Assembly (NCBI GenBank): GCA_964652805.1
Contig: CAZZBJ010000001.1
Coordinates: 1 to 47,762 of the forward strand
Reading direction: 5' to 3'
Length of the DNA: 47,762 bases
Origin: an uncultured Mordavella sp.
Lineage (GTDB): Bacteria; Bacillota; Clostridia; Lachnospirales; Lachnospiraceae
This document shows, one piece after another, positions 37,323 to 46,443 of this stretch. The position numbers were made by a program, and so were the translations under genes. The notes below the pieces were generated by a model, which searched no databases, was not told the origin of the DNA, and saw only the letters and a program-made list of their open reading frames with translations. Each line of letters opens with the position of its first letter. Positions within the stretch are counted from its first letter, which is position 1.

Positions 37323-37365
37323 CGTTGCTTTCTCCTTGTAATTGTGTATTGTTATTGTTTCTACA

Positions 37366-37422
37366 ATAATATCTAATTCCAAATCATGCCTCAAACTTAC
37401 AATTGCCACTTCAATGTGGCAA
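37366..37422 (-). promoter_or_regulatory. Island operator 3 and promoter of the reductase operon
   Basis: TTGCC(37403-07)-N10-GGCAA(37418-22); leftward TTGAGG-17-TATTAT. Confidence 0.75.
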
Positions 37423-37498
37423 AAACTAATTTTGTACTTTTCCATATAAAACTATAAGTTATAATTATTCTGAACTATTCTGAAAGGAGACACTTAAG

Positions 37499-37761
37499 AT
37501 GTCAAACAGGTAAAAAACGGTAAATCCGGGTTTTTAGAATTTGCGAAAGAATTCCTGGCTTTGAAACCACATATGGATATCTCCAGAATCGTTTGCGAGG
37601 ATGATATAGTCGTTGTATTCTTTAAATGCACCATAGGCAATGCCATGCATAAAGTTGTTGATATATACCGTATTAAAAACGGAATGTTGGCAGAACATTG
37701 GGATTGCAGAGAAGGGAATGTACAGGGAATATCTTCGGTAAACGGAAACAGCGTTTTCTAA
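37499..37761 (+). pseudogene. SnoaL/NTF2-like protein with an N-terminal deletion and frameshift
   Basis: GAAAGGAG RBS and ATG give MSNR*; another frame reads QVKNGKSGFLEF...EDDIVVV...VVDIYRIKNGMLAEHWD, typical of SnoaL-like proteins but missing the first helices. Confidence 0.72.
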
Positions 37762-37863
37762 CAAAGAAGGGTCCGATGGAAGATTGCTTTGTAAAAAGTC
37801 TCCGTTATGATATAATGAAACCAATTCGAACGAAAAAAATCAGCGAAATACGGAGATCATTAA

Positions 37864-39807
37864 ATGGAAACACTGAATTTAACGCTGCGGCAGCGGAAGC
37901 TGTTGCACATTGTGCAAAATCAACATGCCATTATTACCGGACAGGAATTGGCGAAACAGCTTCTTGTCACCCCCCGGACAATTCGTACAGATGTGGCAGA
38001 GATCAACAGAATTATTCGCCCATACAATGCTCAGATCCATTCCGAGCGCAGCAAAGGATACCACTTTGAGGCAGAGGATCCCCTGCTCATCCAACAGCTG
38101 AACCAGATTGAAAATGCTTTCCTGACAAAAGAGGACCGTGTCCGCTATCTGGCATTACGGCTATGCTTAACAGAGGAGCCTCTCAACACCTATGATTTAG
38201 AAGATGAAATCTTCGTCAGTCACACGACATTGGAGCACGATATTCACCAGTTAAAAATGCAATATATGCTTTCTGAGCCTTATATTTCAATAAATTATTC
38301 TAAAGATTACTTAAGCTGCGAACAAGATGAGGTGAAGATCCGCCGTCTTCTCGTGAACCTGTTTCACAAGGACTGGAATTATCAAACTCACGGAAATGCC
38401 TATTACGGATATCACTTTTTAAATCACGAACATTTAAAATTTATTATGAAGGAATTACCGATTCATCTGAAAAATCATAATATGATATTAGATGACCCAA
38501 CAATGGTTGCTCTGGATTTAGCAGTCGTAGTCATGTTTCACCGGATCAGTAATGGTCATGTGCTTCCTGAAACATTCGATATCCCTATCACAGACTCCGC
38601 TGTGTACGCTGTAACAGAGGATTTGTTCCTTTCTTTAGAACAATACTTTACATGTTCCTTTCCTGCCAGCGAACGACTTCATATTTATCAGTATATAACT
38701 TCCGGAAATGTCCTTACCACAAAAGATCTCAATCTGCAGAATCCGGAAGCTTCTTTTGATGCTGATGTTATAGAGATGGCCCATGCATATTTGTGCAGCA
38801 TCCACAATTTATACAATATTGATTTCAGAAAGGACAAGGACTTTTTCATTACCCTGTTGTTTTTTATCCAGGACTTGAAAATAGATCACCGCATCTATAA
38901 TTCTCAGGAAAACACAGACATTGTGCAGGAACAATTGATGGATGAATTAGAATTGGCCTTTCTCTTTCAGGATATCGCCAATCAGTATCTGGGACATTAT
39001 ATTACAAGAACAGAGCTTCAGTATTTAGCCCACATTATATCCGGTGCCATTGAATTTCTGTTTGAAACCAATCCGGAAGCAAAAATAAAAACTGTGGTCT
39101 GCTGTCACTTGAATCCGGCGGCATATTGGTCGTTGAAACGACAGATTTTAGGTGCCTTTGACAAATACCTGGATATCATTGACCTTTTACCTGTGAATGC
39201 AAAGTATTTCTATGATTTTAGCAATACGGATTTGATTCTTTCGACAGTACAAAAGGAGATTACGGATTTAAATACCTGCGACACAGTCCGGATCAATACG
39301 ATTCTGTCGCTAAAGGATTACCTGACTCTGTCTTCCTATATTACAACAAAACGTATGGAAATGCTCTGCCCGTATAGCCGACATACCCTTTATGAAATGC
39401 TGCTGGATGCCTATTGGCATAAATCCGAGACAGTAGAGTCTCGCTTCCAGGTTCTGGATACCCTGACACAGGATTTCCTCCATGACGGAATTGTGGATGA
39501 GATGCAGGTACAATTACTTTTAAGAAAAGAGGCATTTATGTCTGCTGCCACAAGAGCCGGCATCCTCTTTCTCTATGTCCCATGCCCGGTAAATGATACA
39601 AAGTTCTCCGTGATGATTCTGAACCACAGAATCAAATGGAACACATACAAAATCAGAACGATCATCCTGGGAGCATTCAAAAAAGAGGATTTATCCCTGA
39701 TCTTCCGTTTCAATCATATCTTTCATAATGATGAGGTTTGTGCAATCGAAAGGGTACGGATGATAAAGACCAAAAAAGAACTCTGTGATTATTTTGCAGA
39801 TGTTTAA
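37864..39807 (+). CDS. BglG/MtlR-type PRD-domain transcriptional activator (paralog 2)
   Basis: 647 aa; collinear with paralog 1 (METLNLTLRQRKLLH..., SERSKGY, KTVVCCHL, GAFDKYL); own promoter-like TTGTAA-17-TATAAT upstream. Confidence 0.88.
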   Translation: METLNLTLRQRKLLHIVQNQHAIITGQELAKQLLVTPRTIRTDVAEINRIIRPYNAQIHSERSKGYHFEAEDPLLIQQLNQIENAFLTKEDRVRYLALRLCLTEEPLNTYDLEDEIFVSHTTLEHDIHQLKMQYMLSEPYISINYSKDYLSCEQDEVKIRRLLVNLFHKDWNYQTHGNAYYGYHFLNHEHLKFIMKELPIHLKNHNMILDDPTMVALDLAVVVMFHRISNGHVLPETFDIPITDSAVYAVTEDLFLSLEQYFTCSFPASERLHIYQYITSGNVLTTKDLNLQNPEASFDADVIEMAHAYLCSIHNLYNIDFRKDKDFFITLLFFIQDLKIDHRIYNSQENTDIVQEQLMDELELAFLFQDIANQYLGHYITRTELQYLAHIISGAIEFLFETNPEAKIKTVVCCHLNPAAYWSLKRQILGAFDKYLDIIDLLPVNAKYFYDFSNTDLILSTVQKEITDLNTCDTVRINTILSLKDYLTLSSYITTKRMEMLCPYSRHTLYEMLLDAYWHKSETVESRFQVLDTLTQDFLHDGIVDEMQVQLLLRKEAFMSAATRAGILFLYVPCPVNDTKFSVMILNHRIKWNTYKIRTIILGAFKKEDLSLIFRFNHIFHNDEVCAIERVRMIKTKKELCDYFADV

Positions 39808-39856
39808 AACAAACTATCGATTATATTATTAAGAAAGTTCCCGTTCATAAGATTCT

Positions 39857-39908
39857 CTGTGCGCAGGCGGGCCGCAAGCTATTTTGCCCGCCTGCACACA
39901 GCTTTTTA
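39857..39908. terminator. Terminator between convergent regulator and kinase genes
   Basis: Stem ctgtgcgcaggcgggc/gcccgcctgcacacag followed by a T-tract. Confidence 0.7.
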
Positions 39909-39910
39909 TT

Positions 39911-41473
39911 CTAATTTATCGAATCCATTGTCTTACTGAGTCTGTTCAGGCTTCTGTCAAGCTTTTCATACATCTCAACATAATATGGATACAGCTTATC
40001 ATAGACCTCTGCCCATTCCTGATTCGGCATGATGACTTCTTTCACTTTAACAATCTCTTTTACCGCTTTTGTCAAATCTTCAAAGACACCGACACGATGA
40101 CCGGCAAGCAGTGCATCGCCTACCGGCACATCGCCGGATGCTTCATCCAGTACGTATACCGGCATATGAAGCATGGACGCTTTTATCACAGACCACGTAC
40201 GGCTCTTTGCGCCGCCGCCGCATACGCGAAGTATATTTGCCTGACCACCAGATGCCTTCACGGTTTCCATCACATGGCGAAGCGCATATGCTGTCCCTTC
40301 AAATACAGAACGTACCAGCTCTGACCTCTTCATATCCATGCGCATGCCGATGAACATTCCTCTTGCGTAATCGTTCCAGAGCGGAGCCCTTTCGCCTAAC
40401 AGATATGGGAAAAAGTACAAACCATTAGAACCTGGTTTCGCTTCCAGCGCAAGCTCATTCAGATAAGTATATATATTTTTACCATGCTCCTTTGCATAAG
40501 CACATTCCTCTGCTGCCATAGACTCAATGAACCATTTCAGAGCCGCCCCGGATGTCTGAATCGGCGCATCAAAGACCCATGGCATTCCATCAATCGCACA
40601 GGGTCTGGTTACAACTGGTATATCTGATCTGCTCTTTTTATCACTTCCTATAAACACTAAAGAAGTCGTTCCGGAAGACTCTCCCGCTTCTCCAAGACAG
40701 GACAGTCCGGTTGCATACATGGATGCCATTGCATCACTGCACCCCGCTACGACAGGGATTCCTTCCGCAAGCCCGGTCTCTTCTGCCGCCTTTTTCGTGA
40801 CCGTTCCTATCACTTCATCTACCAGTTTTACTTCCGGCATTACTTTGTCCAGATCTATACCAATTACATTTCCAATTTCCCCGGACCAGGTCAGAGAGCT
40901 GATGTCCATACATTGTGTCCGTAATGCCTGATCAATATCTGATGTTGCAGCGCCTGTCAACTTCATATTAATAAAAGAACTGGCCTGCATAAAATATTTT
41001 GTTTTGGCAAAAAGCTCCGGTTCATTTTTCTTAAACCACAAAAGCTTGTTTGGCAAAAAGGCTACAGACGGCTGACCGCCTACAATTGAAACAAAACGGT
41101 CAAATCCAATCGTATCCACAATATAATTCAATTCATTTACGGAGCGGCTGTCCTGATAGGTCATTGCATTCCGAACCGGCACTCCATTCTCATCAACCGC
41201 CAGAAGCGAAACCGTATGAGAGCTGATTGAGATACCCCTGATTCTGCTTACGATGTCTTTCCCTGCCTGCTCTGCTAAAGAACGGAAAATTTCACATGCA
41301 TGCTCCCACCATGTATTTGCGTCCTGCTCCTGTCTTCCCGGTCCCGGATTCAGAAAAACACTGGGGCGGCTTGCCTCCGCTGCAATCTTTCCATCTGCTC
41401 CCATAATGATTGCCTTGATATTTGTTGTTCCGCAATCCATACCAAGAACATAGTCGTCGCCTTTTTTTGACAT
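39911..41473 (-). CDS. FGGY-family carbohydrate kinase (xylulokinase-like)
   Basis: Start ATG 41473 after GAGGGAGG; LGMDCGTTNIK, QEQD...WW, QDSRS, PYLLGERAPLWN, GGGAKS..W. Confidence 0.92.
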   Translation of the reverse strand: MSKKGDDYVLGMDCGTTNIKAIIMGADGKIAAEASRPSVFLNPGPGRQEQDANTWWEHACEIFRSLAEQAGKDIVSRIRGISISSHTVSLLAVDENGVPVRNAMTYQDSRSVNELNYIVDTIGFDRFVSIVGGQPSVAFLPNKLLWFKKNEPELFAKTKYFMQASSFINMKLTGAATSDIDQALRTQCMDISSLTWSGEIGNVIGIDLDKVMPEVKLVDEVIGTVTKKAAEETGLAEGIPVVAGCSDAMASMYATGLSCLGEAGESSGTTSLVFIGSDKKSRSDIPVVTRPCAIDGMPWVFDAPIQTSGAALKWFIESMAAEECAYAKEHGKNIYTYLNELALEAKPGSNGLYFFPYLLGERAPLWNDYARGMFIGMRMDMKRSELVRSVFEGTAYALRHVMETVKASGGQANILRVCGGGAKSRTWSVIKASMLHMPVYVLDEASGDVPVGDALLAGHRVGVFEDLTKAVKEIVKVKEVIMPNQEWAEVYDKLYPYYVEMYEKLDRSLNRLSKTMDSIN

Positions 41474-41513
41474 TCTCGTTTCCTCCCTCTTTTCAAAGGT
41501 TTTTCCTGCTAAT

Positions 41514-41607
41514 AGAATAGCAGTATGGTCTTTTCTCTTCAAAAACCAATTTTCCGCAAGCAAACGGCAATTTAAAGTTTGTCATCCGGCAGGCAAAGCA
41601 TTATTCT
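41514..41607. promoter_or_regulatory. Island operator 4, centred between divergent kinase and dehydrogenase promoters
   Basis: TTTCC(41551-55)-N10-GGCAA(41566-70); leftward TTGAAG-17-TATTCT and rightward TTGTCA-17-TATTCT, each -35 lying 8 nt from the site. Confidence 0.78.
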
Positions 41608-41638
41608 GAAACCAGATTCAGGAAAGGAGCAAACAAAT

Positions 41639-42691
41639 ATGAAAATGAAGGCAGCATTAATGTACGGACCAAATGACATTCGCATAGAAGAAACGGATAA
41701 ACCGCTTTGCCCGGCTGATGGTTTGATATTAAAGATTATGTCAGTAGGACTTTGCGGTTCTGACATCCGCAACCTGACAACCGATTCACGGAAGGGCAAT
41801 TATCCTTTTATTTACGGACATGAAATTGTTGGATATGTGGACGAGATTGGTCCGGAACAGACAAAATACAAAGTTGGGGACAGGCTTTTCTTGTTCCCGG
41901 GAACCTACTGTATGGAATGTGACGAATGTGTCAGCGGTCACAGCGAGAACTGCTCTGACACTCACGTTGCCAAGCTTGCCGGAACCGGCGGATTTGCACA
42001 ATATGTAGCCGTGACAGGAGAAAAGATTCATTACGGCGGCATTTATGAGATCCCGGATGGTATATCCTTTGACGCCGCAAGCCTTGGAGAGCCGCTGACC
42101 TCCGTATTTGCCTGCCTGGAAAATGTAAAGGTCGGCTATCCGGATACTCTGGTCATCATCGGCGCAGGTCCGATTGGATGCTTTATGGCTCAGCTTGCCA
42201 AGATCCGCGGAGCACAGAAAGTTATTATGATTGATATTAATGCCAGCCGTCTGGAAATGGCTAAGCAGTTCGGTGTCGACATTACCGTGGACAGTTCTAA
42301 GGAGGATCCGATTGAAGCAATCCGGACACTGACCCATGGTAAAGGTGCTGACAAGGTTATCTCCGCAACTCCTGTAAATGCTACGCAGACACAGAGCATC
42401 CACATGGTAAAGAAGGGCGGTCTCGTAGTATTCTTCGGCGGCGTTCCGAAGGGATCCATGACAGAGCTTGACTGCAACCTGATCCATTACAACAACATCT
42501 GGATCAAGGGGCATTTCGGTGCATCCTATGACCAGTCAAAGCGCGCATTCCAGCTGGCAATTTCTCCGGCATTCCCGACTGAGAAATTTGTCACCCACAT
42601 ACTTCCGCTGGATAAGATCAATGATGGAATCAAACTTACCAGAACAGGTGAGGCAATCAAGGTTGTGCTTCATCCCTGGGATGAATGCTGA
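41639..42691 (+). CDS. Zinc-dependent (MDR) alcohol/polyol dehydrogenase
   Basis: Start ATG 41639 after GAAAGGAG; GLCGSD, YGHE, CMECDEC...NC, EPL, IGAGPIG. Confidence 0.93.
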   Translation: MKMKAALMYGPNDIRIEETDKPLCPADGLILKIMSVGLCGSDIRNLTTDSRKGNYPFIYGHEIVGYVDEIGPEQTKYKVGDRLFLFPGTYCMECDECVSGHSENCSDTHVAKLAGTGGFAQYVAVTGEKIHYGGIYEIPDGISFDAASLGEPLTSVFACLENVKVGYPDTLVIIGAGPIGCFMAQLAKIRGAQKVIMIDINASRLEMAKQFGVDITVDSSKEDPIEAIRTLTHGKGADKVISATPVNATQTQSIHMVKKGGLVVFFGGVPKGSMTELDCNLIHYNNIWIKGHFGASYDQSKRAFQLAISPAFPTEKFVTHILPLDKINDGIKLTRTGEAIKVVLHPWDEC

Positions 42692-42761
42692 TGAATATTT
42701 AAGGGATTGCAAATTCGCAAAACGAAAAGTATGGTTGATTCTCCTGTTTGTACTCTTTCAC

Positions 42762-42810
42762 AAGCGGGAAGGACCGCAGGGGCTGTATGCCCGGTCCCTC
42801 CCGCTTTTTC
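42762..42810. terminator. Terminator between convergent dehydrogenase and xylosidase genes
   Basis: Imperfect stem agcgggaaggaccg/cggtccctcccgct followed by a T-tract. Confidence 0.65.
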
Positions 42811-42818
42811 ATTTTCTC

Positions 42819-44828
42819 CTACCACAGCGCCTTTTCCGCCGCTTCCCCTGAGGCGAAGGGGCCCGGGATCGTGCTCAGTCCCCTGTGTTCTCCGGAATAA
42901 TCCGTATCCAGTGAGAGATCTGAACCGTCCGGGTTCTCAAATCTCTGCTCCGGCTCGAAAGCCTTTCCCAACACGTCGCTCGTAATGATGCCGTCCCGGA
43001 AATCTCTCAGATACTTATAGATATTCGTCTTTACAAAGTACTTTCCATCTTTCTCCTCCAGCTCAGCGTAGGCCTTCACTGCCGGATCTGCGCTGTAGAA
43101 GGATTTCTCGCTCCTGCAGTGCTTGGCCCCGTTAAAGTAGGCGTTTCCGTTTACCCACACCGGAAGATGGGAGAAATGGTAATCCTGCAACTTGATCATA
43201 TCCGCAGGCTGATCCATATCAAACTGGGCGATCCACTCATCATAGGTAGGATAATCGTCGAACACCTCTGTGCCCACCACCTGATTGTCCGCCATCATAA
43301 AGCCCATGTCCTCTTTTACTTCCGCCTCCTTCACCGGCCAGTTCTGGATAAAGATATTGTTATAAATCCTGTCGTCCCCGTGAAGGATGGTCATAAATCC
43401 GGCCACCTCTGTTCTATGTGGGATGTGATAGGGCGTATAGCGGGGCTGGTTGACTCCGTTGACGATCATATCGGTTCCTCCTCCGACTGCTGTGAAAGCC
43501 CCCCGGATCAGATTGTGGACCACCGCCACTCCCTCTGTGGCAATGCGGACAGATGCCCTGGAAAGCATCACATTATTGTCAATGAGCGTAGGACCGTGGC
43601 TGACCTCTATAAATACATCCTGACTCATCATGGCTCCCATGGCCATGGGTATATCCTCGCTTGGCGCATGGTTGTCGTGGAACAGGTTCTTGCTGATCCT
43701 TGTCCCCTGGGCCTGCCAGTCACACCAGATTCCCATGGTGGAGTGATGGATATGGTTGCGCCGCATGGTGACATCAATGGCTGCGTGGAGCTTGATGGCC
43801 GCAATCTCCGCTCCTCCCAGCTGCTGCATATTGTTGATATGATGGATATGGTTGTCCTCAATGACGCTGAATACACATCCCATGCGTCCTACAATACCGG
43901 TCTGCTCACAGTGATGAATATGACACCTTCTCACAGTATGGCTTCCTATCTTTTCCTTCAGCCACCCGTGATACTGTCCCCGGCACACTGCATCCCGCTC
44001 CATCTGGGTCGGGCTCTTCACATGCTTTCTTGTAAAATAGTGGTCATTTTCCGGATCATAGTATTTCCCCAGAGAGATGCCGCAGCACTTACTGTTGCTG
44101 ATCTCGCAGTCCTCGATAATCCATCCCTTTGACCAGTGAGGTCCCACCATGCCGTCCTGGTATGCGGCGGGGGGTGCCCATGTAGTGGCAGCCTTCTCCA
44201 CAAAAAATCCTCTCAGGGTAATATAATCCACTCCTGTCTTTGACGGCATGAAGCAGTTCCGCCTCACATTGATCTCCACCTTCTCCTCATTCGGGTCCTT
44301 GTCCTGGAAGTTGGCGTAGATCACCGTCTCGTTTCCGTCCTGCTCCGTATACCATTTGTATATGGAATACTCCGGTTCCCAGGAGTACTCATAGATTTCT
44401 CCCTTTATGCACTCCTCCAGCGTCTCCGCCTCATACAGCTGCCAGTCGTTTAAATAAACCGCCCCTGTATGTCTGACCACAGGTGCGAAATACCAGTCAC
44501 CCTCCACCATGGTCGTATAGGGGTTGTAGCTTCCAAAAATCCCATTGTCCACTCTCAGCACCCACACGCTGTCCTTGTATTTCCTCCATCCCGTGGCAGT
44601 CTCGGCACCTGTGATAACCGCTCCCAGCGGCTTTTCACTCACATAGGTGATCCGCTCCTCCTCAGTACCGGCATGGACGGGATCCACATACTCTCTGTAA
44701 ATCCCCGGCGCCACGCTTACAGTGTCTCCCGGCAGCGCTTTCCGCGCCGCATGACTGATGTGTCTGTAGGGCCTCTCTTTTGTTCCGTCCCCTTCCCCGG
44801 ACACCTGCGCGTCAACATAAATGATCAT
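42819..44828 (-). CDS. GH120 family beta-xylosidase (parallel beta-helix)
   Basis: 669 aa; VAPGIYREYVDP, TWAPPAAYQDG, PHWSKGWIIED, GAEIAAIKLHAAID, GIWCDWQAQGTR, IEVSHGP, FENPDGS. Confidence 0.85.
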   Translation of the reverse strand: MIIYVDAQVSGEGDGTKERPYRHISHAARKALPGDTVSVAPGIYREYVDPVHAGTEEERITYVSEKPLGAVITGAETATGWRKYKDSVWVLRVDNGIFGSYNPYTTMVEGDWYFAPVVRHTGAVYLNDWQLYEAETLEECIKGEIYEYSWEPEYSIYKWYTEQDGNETVIYANFQDKDPNEEKVEINVRRNCFMPSKTGVDYITLRGFFVEKAATTWAPPAAYQDGMVGPHWSKGWIIEDCEISNSKCCGISLGKYYDPENDHYFTRKHVKSPTQMERDAVCRGQYHGWLKEKIGSHTVRRCHIHHCEQTGIVGRMGCVFSVIEDNHIHHINNMQQLGGAEIAAIKLHAAIDVTMRRNHIHHSTMGIWCDWQAQGTRISKNLFHDNHAPSEDIPMAMGAMMSQDVFIEVSHGPTLIDNNVMLSRASVRIATEGVAVVHNLIRGAFTAVGGGTDMIVNGVNQPRYTPYHIPHRTEVAGFMTILHGDDRIYNNIFIQNWPVKEAEVKEDMGFMMADNQVVGTEVFDDYPTYDEWIAQFDMDQPADMIKLQDYHFSHLPVWVNGNAYFNGAKHCRSEKSFYSADPAVKAYAELEEKDGKYFVKTNIYKYLRDFRDGIITSDVLGKAFEPEQRFENPDGSDLSLDTDYSGEHRGLSTIPGPFASGEAAEKALW

Positions 44829-44866
44829 CTGTCATCCCTCCTTTAAACTCTTGCATTTAGTATACC

Positions 44867-46234
44867 TTATTTTCTTCCTGCTGTGGCTCTCAAACTGATA
44901 TTCAGCTTCTCCACCTTCAGGAAGTAGTAAATAACCGCAGTGGCAATGGTTACGATCAGCGGAATACCCGCAAACATAAAGATCAGCATATTGTTGCATG
45001 CTGCGGACTGTACGGCTGCCGCTGCGTCAAATCCGCTGGCTGCCAGAAGCCAGCCGCTGATGCCGGATCCAAGTCCGCTCCCCACCTTCATACCAAAGGA
45101 CGTACAGGAGTACATGGAGCCATCCAGCTTTTTCCCTGTCTTGTATGTCGTATATTCTGACGCCTCTGCCACCAGAGCATTGAAAGTTCCCATCATGGAG
45201 CAGTTGGTCAGAGAGCAGAGTCCGTACAGTACCAGCATAGCAGGCATATTTTTCATCACTGCCGCAAACACAAACAGAACTCTGAAAAGCACCTGTATGA
45301 TAAAGGAGACAAGGTTTACATTTCTGATGTTGTTAAATTTCTTAACCAGGAACGGAACGATGATCAGTCCAATCACACTGGGAATGGAGTACATGGTCAT
45401 AAAGGTTCCGTACAGATTAGCATCTCCCATAATGTACATGAAGTAGTACACCGCCACTCCCATGGAGAGTGCCACGCTCAGGTAACCGAGCACATATATC
45501 ATGGCAAGCATGTCAAAATACGGATTTTTGAGCAGCGTCTTCAGCGTGTCGATCAGGCTCACCTTCTGTGCCTTCGGAGCCTCCTCTCCCACAGCCGGGG
45601 CTTCCTCCGGCAGCTCTTTGACAGAAAATACGGAGAAGGTGTTTACGATAAGTCCGATCACCGCATAGAAAATTGCCACGTTGCGCCATCCGGCCGCTCC
45701 GCTTCCGAAATACTCCACCAGCTTTAATGTGGCGTTGGACACGAACAGATTGGCTGCCGTAGAAAAAATAAAACGGAATGTACCAAGCTGTACTCTCTCT
45801 GCCCCGTTCCTCGTGATCAGAGAGGTGAGCGCAGAGTAGGAAATATTATTTGCCGTATAAAAAACTGCGTTCAGCAGCGTGTAGGCGATAAAAAAATATA
45901 CATACTGAGCAGCTTCACCGATACTCTCCGGTATGGCAAACACTGCAATCAGGCAGAGGGCGTTTCCTATGTAGGAATACAACATCCAGGGTCTGGCCTT
46001 TCCCATTCTGGAATGTGTCCTGTCAATAAAGGTTCCGAATACGACATCTGAAATGCCGTCCAACAGCTTGGAAACCATAATCAGTGTTCCCACAATTCCT
46101 GCCGCAAGTCCCACTGTATTTGTCAGATAGACCATGACAAAGCTTGTGATAATGCCGTAGACCATGTTAGCGGCCCAGTCGCCGGTTCCATAGCCGATCT
46201 TGTTAAAAAGATTGAGATATTTTCTTTCTTCCAT
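44867..46234 (-). CDS. GPH family sugar (probably xyloside) symporter
   Basis: 455 aa; KIGYGTGD, DGISDV.FG..IDRTHSRMGKARPW; upstream of the GH120 gene on the same strand. Confidence 0.9.
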   Translation of the reverse strand: MEERKYLNLFNKIGYGTGDWAANMVYGIITSFVMVYLTNTVGLAAGIVGTLIMVSKLLDGISDVVFGTFIDRTHSRMGKARPWMLYSYIGNALCLIAVFAIPESIGEAAQYVYFFIAYTLLNAVFYTANNISYSALTSLITRNGAERVQLGTFRFIFSTAANLFVSNATLKLVEYFGSGAAGWRNVAIFYAVIGLIVNTFSVFSVKELPEEAPAVGEEAPKAQKVSLIDTLKTLLKNPYFDMLAMIYVLGYLSVALSMGVAVYYFMYIMGDANLYGTFMTMYSIPSVIGLIIVPFLVKKFNNIRNVNLVSFIIQVLFRVLFVFAAVMKNMPAMLVLYGLCSLTNCSMMGTFNALVAEASEYTTYKTGKKLDGSMYSCTSFGMKVGSGLGSGISGWLLAASGFDAAAAVQSAACNNMLIFMFAGIPLIVTIATAVIYYFLKVEKLNISLRATAGRK

Positions 46235-46443
46235 TTTTGTTCTCCTTCCTTTTTTCGCCCTCTCTTATAAGCATAGAGCGGTAACTGGTGAGAAGACTCC
46301 CGTCGAAGTCCGTCTCATATTTGCACGACATGTCTTGCTTTGATCATGGACTCATTATATAATACAGACATCAGGTCAGAAATGTCTAAATCAAACTCTT
46401 AACGCTAAAATTGTATCGTATTCAGACTACAAAAGGAGACAAA

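Larger units (their letters stand above)
13919..42691. other. AT-richer accessory metabolic island (no integrase or att site seen)
   Basis: Visible shift in base and codon composition at ~13.9 kb and back at ~42.8 kb; zero-gap tail-to-tail junction at 13918/13919; shared operator in four promoter regions. Confidence 0.65.

Noticed and set aside
42692-42760. att sites or terminal repeats for the island (TTCGCAA here versus TTGCGAA near 13907)
   Set aside because: A 7-bp match is expected by chance; no integrase, transposase or tRNA at either edge.
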